The notes under the pieces were generated by a model. The model was not told where the DNA came from. It saw only the letters and a list, made by a program, of their open reading frames with translations, and did no database searches. From Vicugna vicugna (lineage: Eukaryota), in the NCBI GenBank assembly GCA_013265495.1, contig MU059903.1, positions 186,001 through 250,000 of the forward strand: a DNA stretch of 64,000 bases. Reading direction: 5' to 3'. Shown here piece after piece: positions 49,403 to 60,806 of this stretch; position 1 is the stretch's first letter, and every line of letters begins with the position of its first letter. The translations under genes were made by a program, and so were the position numbers.

Positions 49403-51049
49403 GGACCATTAGAAAATGGCTACTTTCTAGGTTCCTGAAACTGAGACACGGTAACTGAATGACAACAACGTGGCAGAACAAGCGGGTCTGAAAACGCCAC
49501 TGTGCTTCATGCTTCTGAGCAGCTGGATGGCCCCTTGCCTCCCAGTCAGGGACACCCCAGCTCATGTCACAGCTCCCGCTCCTCCCACCAGGACAAGTCT
49601 CCTCTCATTCCTGACATCTTTGGGCAAAAACAGGGGTGTCATCTGTCCTACCTCACCGTGCAGGGCACTGAGCTAGCTCAAACACGCCCTCACTGCGTAC
49701 CTGCTGGGGCAGTGTCTGAGCTGAGCCCTGAGGATGCCGCACGGCGGGGCGACAGGGAGAAACAGACCAGGAGCCAGGACACACGTGCCGTGGGCCATGA
49801 CAGCAACACACAGGAACACCCCGGGAGCTGGTCGACGTCACTGAACGTGTCCCGCCTGCCCAGAGCCTTGTGCCGAGGAAGCTGGGCCTTGGGCCAGCCC
49901 TTCAGGTGCCCTCCTTCTCACCCATCCTTATCGGAAACGCTCATGTATGGTAAGCCCAGGTCTTTGCTCGAAATGGACAATATTAACAGCACCAATTTAT
50001 AGCATGCTGCCAACACAATAAAGCCAATTTTTAACAGTCTCTCATAGGTGTTGAAATAGACGTTAACGAACAGCCCATTTTATTTTTGTCCCATTTGCTG
50101 GGACTTCTGCCCTGGGTAACACTCGAGGTCTACAGGAATAGACATGGCCATTTTTCCTGTTCGGAACTCTCAATTTACCCCACTTCACTCACCAAAGTGC
50201 AAATCATCGCTCCTGGTTACTTCCAGTCCTGCCTCCTTCTAAGCTGACATAGCACAGGTGGAATTCCAGCTTCCGACCCTTGTAATCATGCTAGCTGAGA
50301 GCTCGAGAGCTGTGACTGCACAGGAGCACCCCTACCCGCCCTGCTCGGTGAACAGACAAAGCACGTAGAAGGGTAGCCTCGCCTACTGTCCAGGTCAGAA
50401 ACCACGGGAAGCTTCTCATGGTGAAGCCTGGTGGGTGCAACCTTGACCTCAGAGCCATGCTGCCAGGCCCTCCATCCTGAAGCCTCCCATGGACCCCTCC
50501 CCACCCCCGTGACCTCCCTCACAACCAGAATCCTCTTGGGTTCAGACCATTCCCACGTGTGGCAGACTAACTGAACCCGTCCCCCTCCAGACAGACAGCG
50601 GGGCTGGGAGGTGGGACCATGGGCCCACGAGATCCCCAGGAGCTTGCACACACAGCCATTCTACCTGCTTTTTGGCTGGAAGAGCTCCAGGAGTCTGGAA
50701 GAGAGGGCAACCCCACAAGAGGGAAGGAAGTCCCAAGAGGGGCCTGCCCGGGAAGGCCCGTCAGACGCACGCAGGTGGGACGCAAGCCCTGAGGTCTGCC
50801 TGGTCTCTCAGCAGCCTGCAGACGGTGCCTGCTCGCCACGGCCCCAGGTCGCCCTCCCTCCCCTGCCTGCAAGTCCCCCGCCAGACACACCCCCAGGCTG
50901 TTGTACCCGCATCTCAGGACAGACTCGCCTCCCCCTGAGCCCCCGCCTGTCCTTGCTTCGTCCTCTCTGCCTGTGGAGAGGCTGCTGCCTCTCACCCACC
51001 CGGGAGCCAGGCGAGCAGTCCTCACCCTTGACTCTGCCCTCCCGCCCCC

Positions 51050-51485
51050 GTGCCGTCAGCCCCACCTCCCACCTCCCACCTGTCTCTCTCCCTGATGGCT
51101 CCCTCGTTGGGACACCACGGTCCACTCACGTCTGGCCCACTGAACCCCTGGCCTGGGCCCCAGGGACCCACTCAGCCCCTAAACGTACAAGAATGCAAGT
51201 CTGATTATGCGTCACCTGCTACCCCCCCTTTCACCCCAAAGCAGTTTTCCGCTGGGACCCCAGGGCGGTCAGGAGGAGGCTCACACCCACTGCTCCCTGC
51301 CTGGGCGCCACACCATCCCTGCCGCCGGACCCTGCTCCCCGCATCCTCCCTGGAGCGGAGCTGTGCGCTCCTCATACCCCGCACGTCTCTCCTCACCACA
51401 CACATGTTTTTCTTAGTCAGTTTCCTGTCTCCTCGGTTAACCATAGGTGGCTGTGTTCTGTGGTCACTGTGGCATCTGAAGCCAC
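51050..51485 (+). mobile_element. L2 LINE fragment, GC-shifted
   Basis: aatgcaagtctgattatgcgtcacctgct and ggctgtgttctgtggtcactgtggcatc match L2 3' region landmarks. Confidence 0.55.
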
Positions 51486-52484
51486 AAGGCAGGGTCTAAA
51501 ATAGAGGAAGGGTCTTACCAACCTCACTGACTGAAGGAATGAAGGACAGCTGACAGACACCGCATGTCCAACATCCCCCCCAAACCCATGTTTTGCCCCG
51601 TTATGAAAGTGTGCCCCTGGGTCAGGCCCGGGTAAGGCGTATACGCCTAGCACTCGGAGACCGACCTCTCTCAGCCCGATTCAGGCGCGACTGCAGCGGT
51701 CACTCTGCCTGCTGCCATCGCAGGACCTCAGGCCCCTCTCGGCTGCCAGAGCCCCGCCCCCTCACCAACAAAGTGACCAACTGCCGCTGCATTAAGTCCA
51801 ACGTGAGGTGGGACACAGAAGCCCTTTCAAAGTTAGATACAAGCGTTCTCAGGACTCACGGTTATCTTCACTGTCAGAAATTATGAGGGTTGGGGGACCA
51901 ATACCAGATCCAAGTCCTGGTGGGAAGCCTGTCTGCAAATTCACCCCCCCTCCCTCGAACATGGCCCTTCCCTTGGGCCTGAAACAGCACACTGTTTCAC
52001 AGGGATCCGAGCGGAGGGAAAAGACCCGAGGCGTCCAGTGAACCGTGATTCTGTGTCACCTGACAGCTCTTTCTTGCCAGTCATGCCCGACTTGCCAGTG
52101 AACCAGGAGAGGGAGACCAGGCCCGCCCCCCCGGGCTCCGGGACCAGCAGGTAGAAACGCAGGTGTCTGTTAGAGGTGGTTCCCAGCTGGTCTTCCATGG
52201 CTTTCACTACTTACTGTGAGAAGACAGGTTTAAAAGCAGGGTGAGCAACTCGCCGGTCCACACGAAAACCTACCCAGATGGAAAAGCCTGCTGCTTATTG
52301 ATACACGAAAACTCACAGCCCTCTCTCGAGCGCTCTGCCGAGGAGTCACGCCTTCGCTGTGAGGAAATTCTGCTCTGTCTCTGTCAGCTGGAGGCAGGTG
52401 GCTCTGTTACAACCCTCACCGGTCAGGTCGTCCTTTGGATGAAAGGATGTATCCCCTCAAGTATGTCCCAATAACCACAAGGCT

Positions 52485-52675
52485 GCAGCGTGCGGTTTGC
52501 AGTGAAGCAGACCCGGGTGGGAATCCTGCCGGTCATGGGCTGTGGCGTGGACGTCTTCACTTACACCAAGTGAGGGCGTCGGAGCCCTGCAGGTGGTCAT
52601 AGGTGCCTGGCGCACACACACTTGGGCTCACACGGCCCGGCACACAGCAGGTGCTCAGTAAACGGCCCGAGCGCA
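52485..52675 (+). mobile_element. MIR SINE, degraded
   Basis: gcagacccgggtgggaatcctgcc...cccggcacacagcaggtgctcagtaaacg. Confidence 0.45.
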
Positions 52676-53329
52676 GGGCTCTGAGACACGGGCAGTTTCC
52701 CTGCTGGCTCAGCTGCACACTTTGGATGTGGGACCGGCCATCCGAGCTGGTCCAGAGACAGTGACGGGGACACAGAGCTGGAAGAGGAGGGCGGGGGCTG
52801 CCTGTGGGACCACCGCTGAGGCCGCTCTCTTGTGTTTACAGCGGACCCTGTCATGACCTATTTTCTTCACATTTCCCCAACAAGCTAAGTCCACTTTGCA
52901 ACGCGGTGGCCAGCAGAGAGATCCCGGCACAGGAAAAGGCAATGCTGCAAGGCCCTCCCAAGCCTGGATTTGGGAAAACGCGTGGCGCTCGCTGCTGTAA
53001 GGAAGCTCCCAGGCACCACCCACAGAACCCAGCACGTCACCCGAGGGATGACCATCCCCCACCTGCGGCATCGAGGGTCACCGCCCACTTGGCAGTTAAC
53101 AACGCTGGGGCCACGCTGCTTTCTTTCCCAGTGGAAGTTAATCAGACTAAGAAACGGGAGTGAGATCACATGAAAGCAAATGTGGACACAGACGTGGAAA
53201 ATACAGGAGAAATGCTTCCGGCCTGAGAAGGAAGGAAGCACCCAAGCTGGGCCAGGCCCCGGGGCACTGGGGGGGGCTCTGAGGCGCCCCCCACGCTCCC
53301 AGCAGACAGATTCTAAACTGTTGTTACAT

Positions 53330-53850
53330 TTGCACTTTTCTTTCAAAAGTGAAATGAAGATTTATTTTAAATACGTATCTTTTCAAATCTTGCTCATAAG
53401 ATGATATGTTGCTAAGAGATGTTCCCTTGACAGAAAATAATACCCTTCAATCACTAACATGCAAATATCCAGGAGCTCAGAGGGCCCCTTCCCGCCAGCG
53501 CGGCGGCACGTGTGGTCTTAATGTGCTGTCGGAGATGCTCAGAGAATGCTGTTGCTGTAAGAGGTTTTCGTGTTTTCATAAAGTCAAACAAGAAACATTT
53601 TACAAGACAATATATTTTATAAATAGTAGAAGTCTTAATGTAAGTTTTACCACACAGCTATGATAACGTATTCACCAAGACTCTTTAATTGTGCTACAAG
53701 GTAAAACGCCAGAAAATTCCTCTTCTCGTCAGCAATACCGGTAAGTGCTCCTTGTTTGCTGTTGAGCAGTTTTTAAAATAGCAAGCTTTATTTCTCAAGG
53801 CTAATAAAAAATCATGCTAATATATACATGCTAATTTTCTTTGTTGCCTT
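53330..53850. promoter_or_regulatory. AT-rich non-repeat island with octamer, candidate conserved element
   Basis: ATGCAAAT 53459-53466, TTTTATAAA about 53615. AT-rich within GC-rich surroundings. Confidence 0.25.
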
Positions 53851-54346
53851 CATCATAAGATTTTGAAGTTGCCAAAGCTACCACTTGAGAACTATTTCAA
53901 GATTCTAAAATTAGGAGACAATGAACTGTTAGACTGTGCAAACGGAGACCGAAGACCAAGAAGCGAGCTACAATCCAAAGGTCCAGGGCTGGACACAGCG
54001 AGTTCAGGACACCACACCGTGTTGTCCCACCAGCGCTTCACAACCGCCCAGGGCGTCCTGATTAAAAATAAGGACGCTACTCATCCACACGCTTTTTTCT
54101 TCCCCTCTGGGCCAGTTTGCTCCCCCGACCTCCACCCCCACCCTGTCAGTCCAGCATCCGTGCGAACACAAGGTCACACTGCACAGGAGTGCGGGCCCCG
54201 TGCGGGCCTGCAGCTCACCCGGACCGCAGTCAGGGGCTGCAGCGGTGGGGCCCCTCACACCCCGGCTCCCTGCTGCCACACGCTGGTGCTCCTGGACTCA
54301 CATAAAGCGGAAAAGGGAGCACATTCACCCTCCTAGAACCAAACCA

Positions 54347-54783
54347 CAGGCAGGCCTCGTTTCACTGCACTTCACAGCTACTGAGTTTTCCACAGACCGA
54401 GGGCTTGGAACACCCCTGCGTGGGGCAAGTCGAAGCTGCTTTCCCAGCAGCATCTGCTCACTTCCTGCCTCTGTGTCGCATTCTGGTGACGCTCACAATA
54501 TTCCAGACTTTTTCATTATTATTATATTTGTAAGGTCATCTGTGATCTTACTGTTGAAGGCTCAGGCGAAGGTTAGCACTTTTTAGCAATAATGTATTCT
54601 TCAAACACACTGTGTTCGTTGGCTTTGATGGACCTGATGCCATAGCACACGTAACAGACCACAGGGCAGTGGAGACGTAACCCTACGTGCACCGGGAAAC
54701 CAAAAAACCCTTGTGACTCTTACGCTGGTGCTCACTGTATGGCGGCGGCCAGGACCAGATTTGCAACGTCTCCCAGGTGCCTG
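54347..54783 (+). mobile_element. Tigger1 internal-deletion derivative (Tigger1a-type) with both termini
   Basis: 5' caggcaggcctcgttt...caatattccagactttttcattattattatat, fused to 3' gaaggctcag...ttagcactttttagcaataa...gcaccgggaaaccaaaaaacccttgtgactc...gtgcctg|TA. Confidence 0.85.
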
Positions 54784-55224
54784 TAGAAAACAGTTCTTAC
54801 TTCTCGGTAATTCTCCCGTAACAGGAAAGGAGTGGTCCTGTTGGGACATCGGGGTGGAGCCACCCACCTGGGCTGCACAGAGTCCTCAGCTCAGTCGGAT
54901 GCTGGTGCCCCTGTCTGCAGATGTGGGTGTGGGTCCCCGAGAGACGTCCAACTCAGCAGTGTCCGGGGACACCATCAGGGCCACCTGCTGCTCACCTGGA
55001 GGCCAGAGTCCTGGGCACGGACATCAAGGACCCCTCTGCAGGCCTGGGGCAGGGAAGAAAAGCCCCCTCCCCACCTGTGGGCAGCCCTTCAGGTGAGCAT
55101 TTGCAACGACCCGGTTACAGCAGCCGAGGGACGTGCCCGCCACGAACCGGCCCTTCTGCGGGGCTGCCTCGTGGAGCCGGGCGCGTCCTGCAGGATGGGA
55201 GCCGGCCCAGGGTGGTGGCAGCTC

Positions 55225-55450
55225 TGGCGGATTAATCAACTTGATATTCCCAGCTGATTAAATGAGGCACCCCGGGGTGCTGCTGTCTGTCCCGACAAGC
55301 ACTCATCACGCTAACTAACGTGCAAACCCCATACAGCTCGCTCAGGGGCAAACTACCTCCTAATTTTCCCTCCACGGATTAATTCCGTTGTTATGGAACC
55401 TGTCGTACAGCCACTGTCAACTAATCATTAGTTCTTTCCAAACAGTCTGA
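55225..55450. promoter_or_regulatory. candidate homeobox/PBX/MEIS enhancer
   Basis: ATTAATCA 55231-55238, TGATTAAA 55255, CTGTCA 55414, TAATCATTA 55422. Confidence 0.35.
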
Positions 55451-55734
55451 CCTTCCCTGCCACACAGCGCAGAGTCCTTCCAGAGGTCTGCCTTGGGTTC
55501 TGGGGATTCGCATCACAGAAGTTCAGAAAGAAGCGTCGAGAAGGAACAATGACCTGCTTGCCTTTTCACTTCGAAAAAGGCGGAAAATAACTAAAATGGC
55601 TTATTTTTCAGTGCTTTTGTGGGGCCCCAGGACACATTCTGGGGATGGGAGAGGCGCAGTGGGCCTGCTGCCAGGAGCCAGGACCTTCCACACATGGAGC
55701 CCACGCAGCACTCCCACATCTTCCCAGGTAGGTG

Positions 55735-56098
55735 TGCGGATCAGTACCCGGGGGACCGTGGCAAAGCTACACCGCAACAGACACACCCTGGAGGCAGCAG
55801 TCAGGGAGGGAGGTGTGGGCAGGGCCGCTCCCTCTGCAGGTGCAGGGGAGGATCCATCCCGGCCTCTCCGGGGCGTCTAGTGGTTCCCGGCAGCAGGACT
55901 CCAGTCTCCCCATGGCGTCTCCCGGGGTCTCTTCTGTGTCCAGACTTCCCTTTCACAAGGACGCCAGTCACTGGATTAGGGCCTCCCTCCCCCAGTGTGA
56001 CCTCAATTAATCCTGCCTGCAATCACTCTATTTCCAAATAAAGTCACATCCTGGAGGTCAGGGCTTCCAGGTAGGAATTTGGGTGCCACAGAGCACGA
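55735..56098 (-). mobile_element. MLT1 solo LTR
   Basis: aaggacgccagtcactggattagggcctccc...gtgacctcaattaatcctgcctgcaatcactctatttccaaataaagtcacatcc. Confidence 0.85.
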
Positions 56099-56984
56099 CT
56101 AGGATGAAGTGACATGTGAGGTGATTAGAGTTCAGAGGGGTCAAAGGACACGTGCAATTTCCTGGAGCCCATCACGGCTGGAGTCGGCCTGTGTATCAGA
56201 CCGGGCTCACCTAAAAAGTTGATCCTTCCTGAAACCCTTTAGTAATTGTCCCTCACGGGAAGCCACCCAGCGAAACAAAAGCCAGCAGTCCCCAGGCCTC
56301 CCCGGCTGTGGCTGCGTCACAGGCACCCCCGACCACCCCAGACACAGGTGAGCTGGGTGCAGAAGACGCACCTTGCTCCAGAACAGGCCTGGCAAACAAA
56401 GGTCCAAGGGGACCACGAGCCCCAGCGCCAGCCAACCCACTGAACGAGCCCTTTTAGTCGGTTCTGCTTCCAATCAAATGTGACTTTTTCCTGGAGCCAT
56501 CCTCTCTTGTGGGGCGTCACCTTCGGGTGGGCTTCATTCACCCCCAGCCTCTCGGCCCACAAGTTAGAAACATCTCCCGACCTGGGGCTTTCCTGCAGCA
56601 CCAGGCACCGTGACGCCTCCCTGACCAAGGGACTCCCTGACCCGGTGACAGTCACTCGCAGCCAGGCTCAGTCTCCAGGAACCCGCACTCCCACGGCCCA
56701 GGGAGCCGCAGACCTGCTATCTGAGCTCGTCGGCACTTCTGAAAATCCTCACCCTGGAAACCCCTCCACTCCTGCAGATGAAAGAGATCAGGACCATCTT
56801 GAAATAACAGCTCACTGGCCTCCGGTCAACCAGACGGGCCCCGGTGGACGTGCTCGGGGGTGTTTCGGAGCGTCTGTTCAGAGCTCTGAGCCTGGCCTCT
56901 GAGGCCTCTGTGCACCGGCCTCGGCCTCTCCACCCTCATGTGCTCTGGGCCCCCTGCCCGTTCCTAGGGCGTCTCCTCAGCCGT

Positions 56985-57860
56985 AATGAAGTTCCTACCA
57001 ACCAGTAATAAAAACAACAGGAGAAACGGGCCGACAGTGTGACAGGCAATTCAAAGCAGAGGAAGAGGAAATGGAAGAAGGGAGAGAGGAGGAGGCCGGC
57101 GGGAAGGAGGGGGAGGAGGGGGGGGAGGAGGGAAATCGCGAGGTAGCGTGTGAAACCTAGTGCTCAGTGTAATCACATCAACGCAAATGGGTGGTGGATC
57201 TCACCTAACAAACTGGCCAAGCATTCTCGGTGAGCTCTCAGGGCAACAGACACAACACTCCTGCTGGGCAGAGTGGAAATGCGTGCAGCTGAGGAGGCCG
57301 TCCAGGGGAGCGCCAGAAAAGACCTGTAACACGTCCATGCCCCTGGTGCAACGATTCTGAGAACTGACCCAAAGGAAGTAAGGGAAGGTGTGCAAGTGAT
57401 TGGACCAGGGGTTCATCACAGCCTGACATCCCAGCAAGAGTGGAAAATCCACCACAAGGGCACACGTGAGTGACTGTCAGAGCTTCGTGATGGAACAGTT
57501 CGCAGTCATTTAAAATGATGCTGAAGAAATAAATGTGTTTACATGGGGGAAAATCAATACGCTATTAGAAGAAAAAGCAGATTACAACACGTTGTGGATG
57601 TCCTGGTTCCATTCCTCTCTCTCTGTATGTGTCTCCTTAGCTCCGTGCCCGGCACGCGCTGAGCAGCAGGTGGATGGACAGCGCGTGTGACCAAGTGCGT
57701 ATGGCAGCGGGAGGGCTTCTGGAAAGAGGCGTGCACCATGCCCCGGTCTTGTCTTGACTAGTCAGATACGACTGTTTTCAGTCTTTTTCCTCCTGTCTGT
57801 AGTGTCTGATCTGGGGACAACAGCTATGTCTAGCTTTGTTATCTAAAATAATAACAGGTA
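56985..57860 (+). mobile_element. L1ME-like ORF2 end plus 3' UTR, decayed, with a purine-rich insert at 57061-57135
   Basis: acaggcaattcaaagcagagg; gcagtcatttaaaatgatgctgaagaaataaatgtgtttacatggggg...gaaaaagcagattacaacac. Confidence 0.6.
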
Positions 57861-57969
57861 CTAAATTAAAACACAGAGCAAATTTTACCCAATCTTCAAA
57901 ATCCACTTAAAGTTTTAATCCCTCTCGTGACAGCTGTCCCCAGTTCCCACAGCCTGCTGTGCGGTCCCT

Positions 57970-58089
57970 GTGAGTTTCATTGAGCTCCACATTCAGAGCA
58001 TCATCCAAGTACCGTCTGAGCACTGACCGCTGCGTCCAAGGGGTGAGTTTCACTGAGCTCCACATTCAGAGCATCATCAGCGTCCAAGG
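57970..58089 (+). repeat. imperfect local direct duplication (36-bp unit twice, 10-bp unit twice)
   Basis: gtgagtttca(t/c)tgagctccacattcagagcatcatc at 57970-58005 and 58043-58078; gcgtccaagg at 58032 and 58080. Confidence 0.9.
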
Positions 58090-58830
58090 CCAGGGGCTCC
58101 TGAGAGCAAGGACTGTGTCCATCCCACTCGCCCCTCAGGGCCTGCACCGAGAAGGCACGCAGCCGGTCCTCTTGGAAACCCGCTGTGAACTCCCACCTGG
58201 ATTAGCCAGGGGCTGCGGCAGACGCAGCAGTCGCTGTGATGGACGTGGACCGCAGACAGTCCAGTGAGGGTGCGGCCGGAGGGAGGACCAGTGGAGGGAA
58301 GAGAAGCTTCTGTGAAACAGGAAGCATTTAGAAACCCATCGCCCACACCCATGACATGTCCTGAGCCTCTGAGGTGGACACCCGGCAGACCCCTCGCTTC
58401 ACAAAATACCTCCGCCTCCCGTGGGGAGGGTGGTGGCTGACAGAACTGGCCTGTGACAGAGCTGTACCAAAAGAACCTGGTGACCAACAAGTTTTAAACC
58501 TACAGAAAACTTCTTAGTTTTCCTTTTTATCATAAAATAAAGGATCGATACTGCCACTTGCTCAAACCAAAATCACCCACCCACCAGGGAACATCTGATC
58601 CAAATCTCAAGTGAGGAGAAAACCTGCACAAAGCCCCACCAAGCGGCTCTGAGCCAATGCCAAGGTCAACACACGGCCTGCGGTCTGAGCACAGCCAGCT
58701 GACCCTCAATCAGAGCCACTGTCAAAATGGAACGTGCACATCTCTGCCTGCAAACGGAACACGAAACGGGAAACAGAAGTCTGCTCTCTTTCCTTGTACT
58801 GCGCCTTTGAAGTGTTTCTTAAAAAAAAAC

Positions 58831-59200
58831 TTTTTTTTTTACCAGAGTGAAGTCTCCATAACGTGACATGAACCATTTTAAAGTGAACCACTTGACAGCA
58901 TTTAGTACATTTACAACATCGTGCGACCACCACATCCGCCAGATTCTAAACCCCTCGCCCAAAGCAGTCCCCCCCTCCCTGGCCCCTGGCAGCCGTCTGT
59001 CTACTTCCTGTCCCCACTGATTTGCCATTTCTGGGCATTTCGTAGAAGCAGAATCAGAGACCATGTGAACTTCTGTGTCTGGCTTCTTTCGAGCAGCAGA
59101 ATGTCCTCAAGGTCGGTCCAGGCAGTGGCAGTGGCGGTGCTTCACTCTCTGAGGCTGAGGAACAGCCTGCGCGGAGGGACCGCACGGGGCTCGCCCGTCT
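58831..59200 (-). mobile_element. L1MB-like 3' end
   Basis: aaccattttaaagtgaaccacttgacagcatttagtacatttacaacatcgtgcgaccaccac...gatttgccatttctgggcatttc...gtgtctggcttctttc. Confidence 0.85.
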
Positions 59201-60682
59201 TCTGTCCGGGGCCCTGCTGCACAGCGCCCTGGGAGCCTTCGTGGACCCCAACTGTACGCCCGCGTCCAGCGCTTACTCTCGGTCATCTGGGGTGGGCACC
59301 GAGGAGTGGGGCTGCCAGGTCATAGGGTAAATCTGAGCCTAAGCACGTGCCGTGTCACAGAGACAGTGTCACCGTCCACCACAGATAACCAGCCCGGGCA
59401 CCTGCTGGGCCATAAAGCACAACGCCTTCCACTCGCCACCACGGCTCTTCCTCTTTGGGCTGCCTTCCTCACGGAGAGGCGGCTTCCTCACCTTGTTTCC
59501 TGCGCTTTCTCTGAGGCTCCGGATAAGAACGCCGATGTCCAGTTGAAGCTTTCTCTTCATTGGTATCCTGACCCTGAGGCCACTGCACAGCGCAGCCGGA
59601 AGGCGTGGGGAGAGGGGATGAAAAGCTGTCAGCTGTCACAGCCTCAGCTCCCAACTCTCAGGACGGTGGTTCTCCACTGCCCAAGCTTGTTCCAGAAGAT
59701 GCTCCGAACCCAGTAGGGCGGGGTGGGGGCAGCAGCCTGGACCCTGGGAGGTCGGGGCGTAGGATCTGAGACACCCACTCCAGCACCGGAAATCCTCAAG
59801 GACTCCAGCCAGAGTGGTGGCCCCTGGCCTGTCCCCACCTGCGTTCGGAGTCTCATCACATTACAGAGTCTAGGGGCACAGAGACTTAGTCTTCAAACAC
59901 TGATGGAAACAAATCGGGACGGGGGAGTGAGTAACTCTCTCTGCTCACGCCGTTGGCCCCCTTCCGGCACCACGTTCTCACGGTGTACGTGGTGCCAAGG
60001 GGTCTGCTGCAGCGTTGTGTGCAGCACTAAAACGCCAGACAAGTGCGGCTACCAGAAATGAAATAAAGTATAACGCACAGCCACTGCAGGAAAGGTAAGA
60101 TGCGCTTTCTCTCTCCACCAAATGCCATACGCATTACTGAGGGATGTGACATTCTGAAGCATTTCTGTCGCCTTCAAAGGCCTCTCGGTAATAAAACGGG
60201 ACCCTTCTGTGAACAGCTACCCCAGGGGAGGGCATTCACGAGGCAAGGGCCCTTGGCATCTCGCCACCAGTGGACTGAAGTTCAGGAGACAGTGGCTTGT
60301 CAGAGACGGCAGGAAGCCCTCAGCCTCCCCTGGCCGCACGGTCAGTGCCTCTGGTGTGGCAGGACATCGAGAGAGCTTGCCACGGTCACCAGATGTCTCT
60401 CCTCCAAAAAAGAAAGGCCGCTGATCTCACGGTCCCCTCCTCACTCTCACCACAAGTCGCTTATCCCTTCACAGCGCCTCCTAATTTTTTCTGGGCAAAA
60501 CCCTGCCCTTAATGACATGCACCATCTCATCAGGGCCAGCTGCGCCCACAGGGAGAAAAAGCAGACTGAACCTATTAAGAGCTCTCTTTCTGCAGTTCCC
60601 TTTAGAAGCTAAACACTGTTTTCTGCTCCATTAAAAATACAGAAATTTCCCTGAGCGGCTCTCCTCTTTAATCTGCTCTTAC

Positions 60683-60770
60683 CTGCCATTCTGTGATGGC
60701 TTCGGCAAGGAAGGCTTCAGGTCGCTCAGTGCCTAAACCCTCAGCGTCCAGAACAGACCAGGTGCCCTCG
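60683..60770 (-). other. candidate 88-nt exon ending in ATG-GCA-G (possible start-codon exon)
   Basis: Minus strand: cctctcctccag| ... CACAGAATGGCAG|GTAAGA. A at -3, G at +4, in-frame TGA upstream. Confidence 0.3.
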
Positions 60771-60806
60771 CTGGAGGAGAGGCTGGAGGAGAGGCCGGAG
60801 GAGACT
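60771..60806 (+). repeat. 12-bp tandem repeat, 3 copies (ctggaggagagg)
   Basis: ctggaggagagg ctggaggagagg ccggaggagact. Confidence 0.85.

Noticed and set aside
59664-59800. cggtggttctcc resembling a MER5/MER20 terminus
   Set aside because: The downstream sequence does not follow either consensus convincingly.
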